DNA of 32,000 nt from Desulfocapsa sulfexigens DSM 10523 (GTDB lineage Bacteria > Desulfobacterota > Desulfobulbia > Desulfobulbales > Desulfocapsaceae), in assembly GCF_000341395.1 (NCBI RefSeq), contig NC_020304.1:2970001-3002000 (forward strand). The letters are read 5' to 3'. Position 1 is the first letter of the stretch, and the number at the start of each line of letters is the position of its first letter. The notes beneath the pieces were generated by a model. It was not told where the DNA came from and ran no database searches. It saw only the letters and a program-made list of their open reading frames with translations. Shown here piece after piece: positions 1-9,474 of this stretch. The position numbers and the translations under genes are program-made.

Positions 1-221
1 TGATGATGGTTGCAATGTGAACACTCCAGTGAAGGCTGTCTTGATCCATGTGTTTTTTTATGAATTATGGTAAGTGTAAATGCGTTTTTTTGAGCGTCTG
101 ATCTGCAAATCTACCCTGCCTGGGTAAAAATGTAAAATAGCTTATTTTTCTCTGGCATTATCTTCAATGTGGATGGTAGTGTGCAAGCCTGACGGATTCA
201 CATTTTAAAGGTAAGGATATA

Positions 222-1406
222 ATGGAAATTAAAGGATTCTCCACATCTGCTGTAGCGGCAGGTATTCGATATAAGGATCGGCTGGATCTTGGTCTTATTT
301 ATAGCAATGTTCCAGCTGTTACTGCCGGGGTTTTTACCACCAATCAGGTGAAAGCTGCACCAGTCATAATTGATCAGGATCGTTTGCGGCAGGGACGAGC
401 TCAGGCCATTCTTGTAAACAGTGGTTGTGCCAACGCCTGTACTGGAGTGAAAGGGATGGAGAATGCAAACATCACCAGCTCACTTCTTGCAACACGCCTG
501 AAGATTGATGAGAAAATGGTGCTTCTGTCATCCACCGGAGTAATTGGCGAACAGCTGAATATTGGAGCCTTCCGCTCGGCAATGGGCAAACTTGTTGAGG
601 GCTTGGGTGAGGATAATTTTGATTCCGTAGCCAGGGCCATCATGACCACGGACACTTTTCCAAAGGTGGTAAGTAGAGTTGTGACGATTGGAGGCCAAGA
701 AGTGAAGTTTATGGGCATGGCCAAAGGCGCCGGGATGATAATGCCCAATATGGCAACCATGCTCTCCTTTGTGATTACCGATGCCCAGATAAGTTTTCCT
801 GAATTGCATGATTCTCTGAAACAGGCAACCGATAGAACTTTTAACCGCATTACGGTGGACGGTGATACCAGTACTAATGATATGGTTTTGGTTATGGCAA
901 ACGGAACTGCAGAGAACGCCTGGATTGATGAGGATAATCCCATTGATAAACAGTTGTTTCAGGATACTTTGGAAGGCGTGTTGAAAGAGCTTGCCCTGCA
1001 GATTGTGAATGATGGAGAAGGTGCAAGTAAGTGCATCACTATACGAGTATGCGGGGCGCGTGGTGAGGCCGAAGCCGAACAGATTGCCAGGACCGTAGCT
1101 AATTCACCTCTGGTGAAGACGGCATTTTTTGGAGAGGATGCCAATTGGGGGAGGATTTTTGCTGCCATGGGGCGGGCAGGAGTCCGATTCGATCCCAGTC
1201 GGGTTGACATTGCCTTTGGTGATGTGGTTATTGTTCGTGATGGGCTTGCCGTTGGTCCTGATGCTGAAAAGGCTGCTACCAAGCTGTTGAAAGAAAAGAA
1301 TATTACAGTGTGTATAGATTTGAAAGATGGTACAGATTGTGAGGAGATCTATACATGTGATTTTTCTTTGGATTATGTGAAGATTAATGCTGATTATCGA
1401 TCCTGA
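222..1406 (+). CDS. argJ: Bifunctional glutamate N-acetyltransferase / ornithine acetyltransferase ArgJ
   Basis: Full-length 394 aa ORF. Contains the ArgJ autoprocessing motif region KGAGMIMPNMATMLSF and ITVDGDTSTNDMVLVMANG, plus a C-terminal ENANWGRIFAAMGRAG-like segment (EDANWGRIFAAMGRAG). Confidence 0.97.
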   Translation: MEIKGFSTSAVAAGIRYKDRLDLGLIYSNVPAVTAGVFTTNQVKAAPVIIDQDRLRQGRAQAILVNSGCANACTGVKGMENANITSSLLATRLKIDEKMVLLSSTGVIGEQLNIGAFRSAMGKLVEGLGEDNFDSVARAIMTTDTFPKVVSRVVTIGGQEVKFMGMAKGAGMIMPNMATMLSFVITDAQISFPELHDSLKQATDRTFNRITVDGDTSTNDMVLVMANGTAENAWIDEDNPIDKQLFQDTLEGVLKELALQIVNDGEGASKCITIRVCGARGEAEAEQIARTVANSPLVKTAFFGEDANWGRIFAAMGRAGVRFDPSRVDIAFGDVVIVRDGLAVGPDAEKAATKLLKEKNITVCIDLKDGTDCEEIYTCDFSLDYVKINADYRS

Positions 1407-1426
1407 AGCTGTTCACGGTATAAGCT

Positions 1427-2161
1427 ATGAATAGTATAGCGATGTATTCAAGCAAAGGAGGGGTGGGAAAGACTGCTGCTGCCGTCAATCTGTCCTATGC
1501 TTCATCCATTCGTGGGAAAAAGACTTTGCTCTGTGATATGGATCCGCAGGGGGCCGCAAGTTTTTATTATCGTGTTCCTATTAAAGGAAAATTTAATAAA
1601 AAACAGTTCCTGAAGGGAAGACTGAAGGGATTTATCCGTGAAACCGGGTATCCTGGCTTAGATCTTTTACCCGCTCATTTTTCCTTTAGAAATCTCGATA
1701 TTGCACTTGATATTGATGGGCAGGATCAACTCAAAAATATTTTTGCTGTACTTGCAGATGACTACGATGTTCTTATCTTCGACTGTCCACCCAATATGAC
1801 TCTGTTATCTGAAAAACTTATTGCGGCCTCAGATCAGGTGGTGATGCCAGTTATTCCGACTACACTTTCCATCAGGGCACTGGCCCAACTGATGAAATTT
1901 TTTGATAAGATTGGAGCAGATCGGAAGAAACTCCGGGCCTTTTTTTCCATGGTCGAACGCCGCAAAAACATGCATCTTGATACAGTTAAAAGCTATCGGA
2001 AGAAAAAGGTGTTTTTCCGAACTCTGATACCCTACCTGGCCGATGTTGAAAAGATGGGTATCAACCGTACGCCTGTGGCAGTCTCGACACCCGGATCAGC
2101 TGCTACTATGGCTTATGATCGTCTATGGATGGAGATCTGGAAGCGAAGAGTCAGTGACTGA
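1427..2161 (+). CDS. ParA/MinD-family P-loop ATPase, orphan (no ParB seen in the window)
   Basis: 244 aa ORF with deviant Walker A KGGVGKTAAAVNLSYA, CDMDPQGAAS and the DYDVLIFDCPPN motif. Starts 20 nt after argJ. Confidence 0.9.
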   Translation: MNSIAMYSSKGGVGKTAAAVNLSYASSIRGKKTLLCDMDPQGAASFYYRVPIKGKFNKKQFLKGRLKGFIRETGYPGLDLLPAHFSFRNLDIALDIDGQDQLKNIFAVLADDYDVLIFDCPPNMTLLSEKLIAASDQVVMPVIPTTLSIRALAQLMKFFDKIGADRKKLRAFFSMVERRKNMHLDTVKSYRKKKVFFRTLIPYLADVEKMGINRTPVAVSTPGSAATMAYDRLWMEIWKRRVSD

Positions 2162-2182
2162 ACCCGCCTTTTTAAGTCCACC

Positions 2183-3367
2183 ATGAAATCTCCTTCTCTT
2201 TCAAAGGCCATGGGCGGACTCATCTTTCTTGCCGGTCTATTTTTTCTTAATTTCACTTCCAGGGTTATATTTTCTCCTCTCCTTCCTCTCATTGAACAGG
2301 AAATGGGGATCGACCATGTTCAGTCTGGAGCATTTTTTCTTTTTATATCAGCCGGATACTTTCTCTCTATTCTTTCATCCGGATTTGTCTCATCCAGAAT
2401 TAACCATAAAAACACTATAGTTCTTTCAAGCCTTGCGTTGGGATTAGCCCTTTTTCTCCTTGGTGGCTGCTCCACTTTGTTCACTCTCCAGGCTGGTTTA
2501 TTTGTTTTGGGTCTTGGGGCAGGCCTGTATTTTCCGTCAGGACTTGCCACCATTGTCCATCTGGTTCCTTCAGCATATCTTTCCAGGGGGATGGCAATTC
2601 ATGAGCTGGCACCCAATCTGGGTTTTGTGGCAGCTCCTCTGATTTGTGATCTGTTTCTCAAATATCTCCCATGGCGATATGGGCTGGCTCTTCTCGGGTT
2701 GCTCATTATCGGTATAGGAGTCGTGTATGGTCTCAGTTCTCATGGCTGCAAGGAAAGGGGGAGAGCACCTGATCTGTCAGCGACGACAGTGTTTTTTAAA
2801 ATGCCACTTTTTTGGGCTATGGTGGCTCTGTTTTCCCTGGCAATCTGCTCAACACTCGGTATTTATGCGATGGCACCACTTTTTCTGGTCAATGATCATG
2901 GTATGGATCCGGGGCGTGCGAATAGTCTGCTGGCCATATCCAGGATTGCTTCTATTTTTATGCCGCTGGCTGGAGGATGGTTTGGTGATCGCTATGGAAG
3001 ACAGCTTGTAATGGCGCTGGTACTGCTTGTTACAGGACTTCTGACAGTTGCAATGGCCATGGTCGGTGATGGTGTCTGGCTTATGACGCTTGTTGTGGCG
3101 CAGCCAATTGTTGCAGTCTGTTTTTACCCTGCGGGATTTGCGGTTCTTTCAAAGCTTGGTGCTGTTCAGTACGGAAATCTTTCCGTATCCCTCTGCCTGC
3201 CACTGGCTTTTCTTATAGGGGGTGGCCTGATGCCCACATTTATTGGCTTTGTAGGAGATTTGTATTCTATAAGCAGTGGCATTATACTGGTTGGCAGTCT
3301 AATGGTCCTTGGCGGAGCTACTTCTCTATTTGTTGCTTTGACCAATGAAAAAAAAATGCTAGTCTAG
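2183..3367 (+). CDS. Major facilitator superfamily transporter
   Basis: 394 aa, about 12 hydrophobic segments, MFS-like loop motifs (GWFGDRYGRQLVMA). Starts about 20 nt after the ParA-like gene. Confidence 0.88.
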   Translation: MKSPSLSKAMGGLIFLAGLFFLNFTSRVIFSPLLPLIEQEMGIDHVQSGAFFLFISAGYFLSILSSGFVSSRINHKNTIVLSSLALGLALFLLGGCSTLFTLQAGLFVLGLGAGLYFPSGLATIVHLVPSAYLSRGMAIHELAPNLGFVAAPLICDLFLKYLPWRYGLALLGLLIIGIGVVYGLSSHGCKERGRAPDLSATTVFFKMPLFWAMVALFSLAICSTLGIYAMAPLFLVNDHGMDPGRANSLLAISRIASIFMPLAGGWFGDRYGRQLVMALVLLVTGLLTVAMAMVGDGVWLMTLVVAQPIVAVCFYPAGFAVLSKLGAVQYGNLSVSLCLPLAFLIGGGLMPTFIGFVGDLYSISSGIILVGSLMVLGGATSLFVALTNEKKMLV

Positions 3368-3420
3368 CAGAGTAGAACCGACTTAACAGGAAACCTTATC
3401 AATTATATTAACGGTAAAGA

Positions 3421-3642
3421 ATGGCAGGGCGTCCAAGTTGTTTGAAATGTGTTCACTATTTCGTGACTCACGATCCGTCGAGTCCCTATGGATGTAGGGC
3501 CATGGGCTTTAAGTCGGCACAGAATCCTGCAGCACTGGTTTTCTCTTCTTCTGGAATTGAGTGCCAGATATTTAAATGTAAACAACCACCAAAACAGAAT
3601 AAATCTGGCTCTGGTGGATCCAGTGGCGGTTTAATCGCCTGA
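3421..3642 (+). CDS. Small conserved Cys-motif protein, putative zinc binding
   Basis: 73 aa ORF with CLKCVHYFVTHDPSSPYGCRAMGFKS...SGIECQIF. The four-cysteine layout looks like a small metal-binding protein. It precedes avtA by 17 nt. Confidence 0.65.
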   Translation: MAGRPSCLKCVHYFVTHDPSSPYGCRAMGFKSAQNPAALVFSSSGIECQIFKCKQPPKQNKSGSGGSSGGLIA

Positions 3643-3659
3643 CTGGAGGAGTATGAAAT

Positions 3660-4913
3660 ATGAAGTTATCAGGGTTTGGTGAGCAGTTCACCAGCGGTGC
3701 AGGAATTCTCAGTCTAATGGAAGATCTGGGAAATGCTCTTGCCACCGGCGGTGATGATATGATCATGATGGGTGGTGGTAATCCCGGGCATGTGCCGGGG
3801 TTCCAGGAAGTTATCCAAAAGCGTTTACAGTACCTGGCGCAGGATACACCATCCTTCAAGAAACTTATTGGAGTGTATGATCCCCCGCAGGGAGAGAAGG
3901 ATTTTGTCGATGTTCTGGCGAATCTGCTCAGCCGTGAGTATGGCTGGGAGGTAGGGCCGGAAAATATATGCCTTACAAATGGAAGTCAGGCCGGATTTTT
4001 CCTTCTTTTTAATATGTTTGGCGGACAGTATTCAGACGGTAGTTCAAAAAAAATTCGTTTGCCATTGGCCCCGGAATATATTGGATATGCTGATCTTGGA
4101 ACTAAAAATGAATTTTTTGTTTCCACCCGGCCGCGTATTGAATTGCTCGATGATAATATGTTCAAATATCATGTTGATTTTGACAACCTTCTTGTCGGTT
4201 CGGAGACCGGTGCTCTTTGTGTCTCCCGTCCAACAAATCCCACCGGAAATGTCCTCACTGACGAAGAAATTGCAAAACTTGATGTGTTGGCACGTGAGCA
4301 TGATGTACCGCTAATCCTTGACAACGCCTATGGGGTACCTTTTCCTGGTATCATTTATACGGAAGCGCAACCTGTTTGGAATGAGAATATTATTGTCTGT
4401 CTGTCACTTTCTAAACTTGGGCTGCCAGCTGCCAGAACAGGAATGATTGTTGCTCGTAAAGAAATCATCAAAGCGGTTTCTGGAATGAATGCCATCATGA
4501 ATCTTGCCACTGGAAGTATGGGGGCCATGCTTGCCCATGAGATGGTGGAGAGCGGTGAAGTACTGAATCTGAGCCGTAATGTGATACGGCCATTTTATCA
4601 GGAGAAAATGGAAAAAGCAGTGGCAAATTTCCACGTAGCCCTTGCAGGGACTCCCTATAAGCTCCATAAACCGGAGGGGGCCATGTTTCTCTGGTTATGG
4701 TTCGAAGATCTCCCTATTTCAAGCCATGAGTTGTATCAGCGCTTGAAGGCAAGAAATGTTCTGGTGGTTTCCGGTCATTTCTTTTTCCCAGGACTTGAAA
4801 AGGAATGGCAGCATCAGAATGAATGTATCCGGGTAACCTATTCTCAGGATGAGGCACAGGTCGCTAAAGGTATTCAGATCATTGCAGAAGAAGTAAAGAA
4901 GGCGTATTCCTGA
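3660..4913 (+). CDS. avtA: Valine--pyruvate transaminase (PLP-dependent aminotransferase)
   Basis: 417 aa ORF. AvtA-like N-terminus (FTSGAGILSLMEDLGNAL...MMGGGNPGHVPGF) and PLP lysine motif SLSKLGLPAARTGM. Confidence 0.92.
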   Translation: MKLSGFGEQFTSGAGILSLMEDLGNALATGGDDMIMMGGGNPGHVPGFQEVIQKRLQYLAQDTPSFKKLIGVYDPPQGEKDFVDVLANLLSREYGWEVGPENICLTNGSQAGFFLLFNMFGGQYSDGSSKKIRLPLAPEYIGYADLGTKNEFFVSTRPRIELLDDNMFKYHVDFDNLLVGSETGALCVSRPTNPTGNVLTDEEIAKLDVLAREHDVPLILDNAYGVPFPGIIYTEAQPVWNENIIVCLSLSKLGLPAARTGMIVARKEIIKAVSGMNAIMNLATGSMGAMLAHEMVESGEVLNLSRNVIRPFYQEKMEKAVANFHVALAGTPYKLHKPEGAMFLWLWFEDLPISSHELYQRLKARNVLVVSGHFFFPGLEKEWQHQNECIRVTYSQDEAQVAKGIQIIAEEVKKAYS

Positions 4914-6709
4914 TGGAGAAAAAAAGATTGAATTACAGGGCAAAGGTGAAATTAGCAGGTCTGGTGTTCGCTACCATACTGTTTTGTACTATCACGGCTT
5001 ATGGAGAGTGCTTACAGGGAGACTGTAAAAATGGTGAAGGAGTTCTGGTTCATGAAGATGGCAGACACTACAATGGTTCATTTGAAAAGGGAGCTATACA
5101 TGGAACAGGAGTCTTGAAATTTCCCGATGGGCGTATGTACAGTGGAGAATTTCAAGGGGGAAGGTTTCATGGTAAAGGTGTTCTGACGAGTCCCGATGGC
5201 AGAAGATATGAAGGCGAATTCAGTTCAAATGTGATCCATGGTAAAGGTGTCTTGTCCTATAAGGATGGCACTCGATATGATGGTGATTTTCTCCTTGGAA
5301 AATATCATGGAGATGGTGAACTTACCTATGCGGACGGTCGTAAGTACCTGGGAGAATTTAGAAATGGCTTACTTGAGGGACAGGGAAAGCTGACCTATGT
5401 CAATGGTACTTATTTTGAAGGAGAATTTCACAACGGTCAACCCGCAGGTAAGGGCATTAAAACCTATGTGGGTGGTAGTACGTATATTGGTGAGTTTTAC
5501 GGTGGTGAGCGCCGTGGCTATGGGATATGGAAAGGAACCGACAATAATCGCTATGAAGGTGATTTTGCCAGAGACAGCTATAATGGATATGGCGTTCTGA
5601 TATATGCTGATGGCAGAAAATATACTGGTCAGTTTTTTGATAATTACAGACATGGTGAAGGTGAGCTGATTTACACCGATAAAACCCGATATATCGGACA
5701 ATTCGATCACGGGAAAAAACAGGGGAAGGGGATCGAGTATTATTCTGATTCCAGTCGTTACGAAGGTGAGTTTGAAGCAGATAAGCGCTCTGGTACAGGA
5801 AAACACTTTTACGCAGACGGTTCCGTCTATGATGGAGAATTTCGTGATGGAAAACCGAATGGTTATGGAAAGCTTACCCTAAAGGACAGTAGTGTCTACA
5901 CAGGGCAGTTTGTTGATGGCAGACCTGTGGAAGAAACTCGTCCTGCGGGAGAAGTCATCCCGGTTCCTCCTGTAAAAGAGGTTGTGACTGCGGTCAAAGT
6001 TGAGAAGATAGAGAAAAAGGAGCAGATCGCTGCAGTTCAGCCCTCTTCAAAGCCTGAGGTACCCGTTCTCGTGCCGGATGCGAGCCAGGGGCGATATATC
6101 TATTACAAAGGCAGGGTGTGTCACCTTGGAAACAGAACCCCAGTCAATGGAGTAGTTGAATACCTTTTTGATGATGGAATGTTCTATCGCGGAGAAATGA
6201 AGAAAGGGCTTATGGATGGTAGTGGCGTCATAGAGTATGCCAATGGTGATGTCTATGACGGAGATATAAAAGAGGGTAAACTCCATGGTAGTGGTGTCTA
6301 CAGATATAGTAACGGCAGGCGCTATGAGGGTACATTTGTCCAGGGGGTAAAGGAAGGAACTGGAGTGTTCGCCTATCCCGACGGTTCACGGTATGCTGGA
6401 GAGTTGCAACAGGATCATTTTTCCGGAAAGGGAAGCTATTATTTCAATGATTCCAGTTATTATGAGGGCCAATTTAAGCTGGGCCGTTTTCATGGAAACG
6501 GCAAACTGACATATGCTGATGGAAGTGTTATCAGCGGTGAATTCCAGGATGATATGCCCAATGGAAAAGCAACTCTTGTTTCTGCCGATGGAAGCAGGTA
6601 CGAGGGAGAATTTTCAATGGGACGTCGGAACGGTTTTGGTAAACTGACCACCAGTAAGGGGAAGGTGTATGAGGGTCAGTTTAAGGACGATCAGTTCTTG
6701 CGTCCCTGA
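4913..6709 (+). CDS. Secreted/periplasmic MORN-repeat protein
   Basis: 598 aa with an N-terminal signal-like segment (KVKLAGLVFATILFCTITAYG). About 21 tandem 23-aa units of the form YxGeFxxGxxhGxGxltyxDGxx. Start overlaps the avtA stop (TGATG). Confidence 0.93.
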   Translation: MEKKRLNYRAKVKLAGLVFATILFCTITAYGECLQGDCKNGEGVLVHEDGRHYNGSFEKGAIHGTGVLKFPDGRMYSGEFQGGRFHGKGVLTSPDGRRYEGEFSSNVIHGKGVLSYKDGTRYDGDFLLGKYHGDGELTYADGRKYLGEFRNGLLEGQGKLTYVNGTYFEGEFHNGQPAGKGIKTYVGGSTYIGEFYGGERRGYGIWKGTDNNRYEGDFARDSYNGYGVLIYADGRKYTGQFFDNYRHGEGELIYTDKTRYIGQFDHGKKQGKGIEYYSDSSRYEGEFEADKRSGTGKHFYADGSVYDGEFRDGKPNGYGKLTLKDSSVYTGQFVDGRPVEETRPAGEVIPVPPVKEVVTAVKVEKIEKKEQIAAVQPSSKPEVPVLVPDASQGRYIYYKGRVCHLGNRTPVNGVVEYLFDDGMFYRGEMKKGLMDGSGVIEYANGDVYDGDIKEGKLHGSGVYRYSNGRRYEGTFVQGVKEGTGVFAYPDGSRYAGELQQDHFSGKGSYYFNDSSYYEGQFKLGRFHGNGKLTYADGSVISGEFQDDMPNGKATLVSADGSRYEGEFSMGRRNGFGKLTTSKGKVYEGQFKDDQFLRP

Positions 6710-6733
6710 TCTCTTCGTTTCAAGGAGTGCGAA

Positions 6734-7099
6734 ATGCGATGGAGCTACAAAACAGTACATTTTAGTCTCAAGAAGGAAGGGTTGCTGGGCAGTGCATTCC
6801 TGGATGAAAATGAACTTGAGATTTCTCTCAATGAATATGGTCGTCTCGGGTGGGAACTGGTCTCAATCCAGGAGGTGAATGATGGACTTATTGCAATACT
6901 TAAGCAGCCCTATACTCGGGGACTGCTTTCAGTTGAAGATGAACCAGTTGTAATCTCAAATACAGAGAACCCTTTGCAGCGGCAGGTTGAACTTTCCTCC
7001 TCTGTCTCATCATCGTCGAAGGCCTCCATTAGCAGGGAAGAGGTCGACGAAAGTGTATTGAGTAATGCTAGTGATGTTGGTTCCATCCGGATAATGTGA
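6734..7099 (+). CDS. DUF4177-like small protein
   Basis: 121 aa. N-terminal WSYKTVHFS...LNEYGRLGWELVSIQEVNDGLIAILKQP resembles the DUF4177 pattern. SD-like AAGGAG upstream. Confidence 0.65.
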   Translation: MRWSYKTVHFSLKKEGLLGSAFLDENELEISLNEYGRLGWELVSIQEVNDGLIAILKQPYTRGLLSVEDEPVVISNTENPLQRQVELSSSVSSSSKASISREEVDESVLSNASDVGSIRIM

Positions 7100-7125
7100 G
7101 TAGCAACTTCTGGTATTAAATATGA

Positions 7126-8316
7126 GTGCAAATGGCAAAACAAATGAAAGAAGCTCCTGCTGTCCCCCCTGAACTCTTATCCTGGATGTGTGAGATCAGG
7201 CAAAGCATTCATCATAATCCAGAACTCTCATTTAATGAATACGACACTGCCGATTATGTCCGGTCAAAATTGAAGGAAATTGGTATTTCCAGGCAGTGGA
7301 AGGTTACTGAAACAGGAGTAGTTGCAGAGATTGGTGATCCAGGTTCTTCATCTGTGGTAGGTCTCAGGGCTGATATGGACGCCCTTCCTGTCAAAGAGGA
7401 GACAGGATTACCCTTTGCTTCAAAACACACTGGTATTATGCATGCATGTGGCCATGATGGTCACGTTGCCATGCTGCTTGGTGCTGCGTTCCTACTGCAG
7501 GGCATGAGCTTTCCAGGGCGGGTGCGTCTCCTATTCCAGCCTGCCGAAGAAAAAGGTAATGGCGCAGAAAGTATGATTGCGGGCGGTGCTATTGATAACC
7601 TGGCCGCTATCTTCGGAGGGCATATTGATACCCACTATGAAACCGGTAGTATCACGGTTGATGAAGGAATTATCTGTGCTTTTGCTGATGCCTTCATAGT
7701 GACAATAAACGGTAGTGCTGGCCATGCTGCCAGACCTCATGAGTGTAAAGATGCCATTGTTGCCGCCGCCGGTTTAATACTGTCCCTTCAGTCACTGGTG
7801 TCCCGTGAGGTGAACCCAAATCACGCTGTTGTTGTGAGCGTTGGAAGGATTCGCGCAGGTGAAATACATAATGTTATTGCCGGTGAAGCTGTGCTTGAGG
7901 GAACTATCCGCAGCACCCATCAGGATTCAAGAACAGCTGTCATTTCCGGACTGAAAAGAATGGTCCGGAGTTGTGCGGAATGTTATGGTGTTCAGGTCGA
8001 CCTTCAGTTTCCTGAATTTCTTCCGGCTGTAATTAATGATAGTGTGGGGACACAGGTTGCAAGGCAGGCGGCTGAAAAAGTAGTTTCCAGTGGGAATGTA
8101 ATTTCACAGGGGCCATCAAGTCTCGGTGGAGAGGATTTTTCCTTCTACCTTCAAAAAACCAAAGGCTGTCTGGTTCGTTTTGGCGCTAGAATATCAGATA
8201 CAGCTGGCCCTGCACATAGTAGCACATTCGATTTTGATGAAGCAGTTCTTGGCATTGGTGCTTCCTGGTACGCTCAGGTTGCGGAAACATTCCTGTGTGG
8301 CTGCGGTGATAGATAA
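7126..8316 (+). CDS. M20-family amidohydrolase (zinc-dependent amidase/peptidase)
   Basis: 396 aa. IRQSIHHNPELSFNEYDTADYV, GLRADMDALPVKEETGLPFAS, MHACGHDGHVAMLLGAA, SLGGEDFSFYLQ. Confidence 0.93.
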   Translation: MQMAKQMKEAPAVPPELLSWMCEIRQSIHHNPELSFNEYDTADYVRSKLKEIGISRQWKVTETGVVAEIGDPGSSSVVGLRADMDALPVKEETGLPFASKHTGIMHACGHDGHVAMLLGAAFLLQGMSFPGRVRLLFQPAEEKGNGAESMIAGGAIDNLAAIFGGHIDTHYETGSITVDEGIICAFADAFIVTINGSAGHAARPHECKDAIVAAAGLILSLQSLVSREVNPNHAVVVSVGRIRAGEIHNVIAGEAVLEGTIRSTHQDSRTAVISGLKRMVRSCAECYGVQVDLQFPEFLPAVINDSVGTQVARQAAEKVVSSGNVISQGPSSLGGEDFSFYLQKTKGCLVRFGARISDTAGPAHSSTFDFDEAVLGIGASWYAQVAETFLCGCGDR

Positions 8317-8340
8317 CCGCTAAGCAAGAGAGGGTTTTCA

Positions 8341-9474
8341 ATGACACCCGGAGCCAAGCAGACTCTACTCCCTTTTGCTTCCAGTCCATCATACACCCTC
8401 GGGGTGGAGTTAGAGTTTCAGACCTTAGATAATGAAACGTTGAATCTCGCCCCTCTTGCTCCGATCCTTCTTGAGAATGCTCCAGTCATTCTTAAGCCCA
8501 AAATTACCCACGAGTGGATACGTTCTATTTTAGAAATTCGCACCGGAATTTGTAAAACACTCCGTGATGTCGAGAATGATCTGTTGCAGACCTGCTCCAT
8601 AGCAGAGGAGCTTGCCGCCGATAATAACTGTCTTCTCTACGCTGCCTCTCTGCACCCATTTGCCCGTTCTCATGATCAGTTACTGACAAAAGACCCTCGT
8701 TATGAACGTATCATGGAGGAGTTACAAATTGTTGGGCGTCGTTTTATCTCCCAAGGATTTCATGTTCATGTGGGAATGATTGATGGTGATACTGCAGTAA
8801 GAGTATGTGACCTGATACAGCCCTATCTTCCCTTGTTCCTGGCTCTTTCTGCATCCTCGCCATTTTTTCAAGGGGAGGATACCGGACTGATGTCTTACAG
8901 AACGAAGCTGTTTGAAGCTTTGCCGCTTGCCGGTATTTACGAACCAATTGGTGACTGGGAGAATTTTGTCTCTGATGTCTGGCAACTGCAGGAAGCAGGG
9001 GTGATAGAATCCATTAAGGATCTCTGGTGGGATGCCAGACCGCATCCAGGTTTTGGAACCCTTGAGATACGTGCCTGTGATCTTCCTGCCCAATTTGGTG
9101 ATATTCTCGGAATTACAGCTCTTATTCAGTGTTTTGTTGCAACTCTCGCCGAGTCAAAAATGGTGACAACCTCGTGCAATCAGCAATTTCTGAGAAGTAA
9201 TAAGTGGCAGGCTGTCCGTTACGGACTTGATGGCAGCTTTTTTGATCCTCTTGGCTTTCTTGGCGAGGGAAAAATGAGTATTCGTATGGCAGTTTGTACT
9301 CTGATTGAAAAGCTACAGCCCATGGTGCAGGCTTTTCGTTGTGAACGGTATATAAACATGCTTAAGAGAATATTAGATCATGGGACGGGTGCAGACAGTC
9401 AGAGAAGGATCTATGCGAAAACCGCTGACTTTAAAAAGGTGGTACAACAACTTCATGAGAAATTTTGGGCATGA
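8341..9474 (+). CDS. Carboxylate-amine ligase, YbdK-type glutamate-cysteine ligase-like (GCS2 family)
   Basis: 377 aa. YTLGVELEFQTLD, SQGFHVHVGM, GTLEIRACDLPAQ are characteristic of the GCS2/YbdK family. Confidence 0.88.
   Translation: MTPGAKQTLLPFASSPSYTLGVELEFQTLDNETLNLAPLAPILLENAPVILKPKITHEWIRSILEIRTGICKTLRDVENDLLQTCSIAEELAADNNCLLYAASLHPFARSHDQLLTKDPRYERIMEELQIVGRRFISQGFHVHVGMIDGDTAVRVCDLIQPYLPLFLALSASSPFFQGEDTGLMSYRTKLFEALPLAGIYEPIGDWENFVSDVWQLQEAGVIESIKDLWWDARPHPGFGTLEIRACDLPAQFGDILGITALIQCFVATLAESKMVTTSCNQQFLRSNKWQAVRYGLDGSFFDPLGFLGEGKMSIRMAVCTLIEKLQPMVQAFRCERYINMLKRILDHGTGADSQRRIYAKTADFKKVVQQLHEKFWA

Noticed and set aside
401-1282. Antisense ORFs opposite argJ (401..943 -, 959..1282 -)
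   Set aside because: argJ is unambiguous, and these frames show no family signature.
5070-6700. Periodic 69-nt DNA repetition that could be mistaken for a CRISPR or satellite
   Set aside because: It is degenerate at nucleotide level and fully explained by the coding MORN repeats; no spacer/repeat structure.
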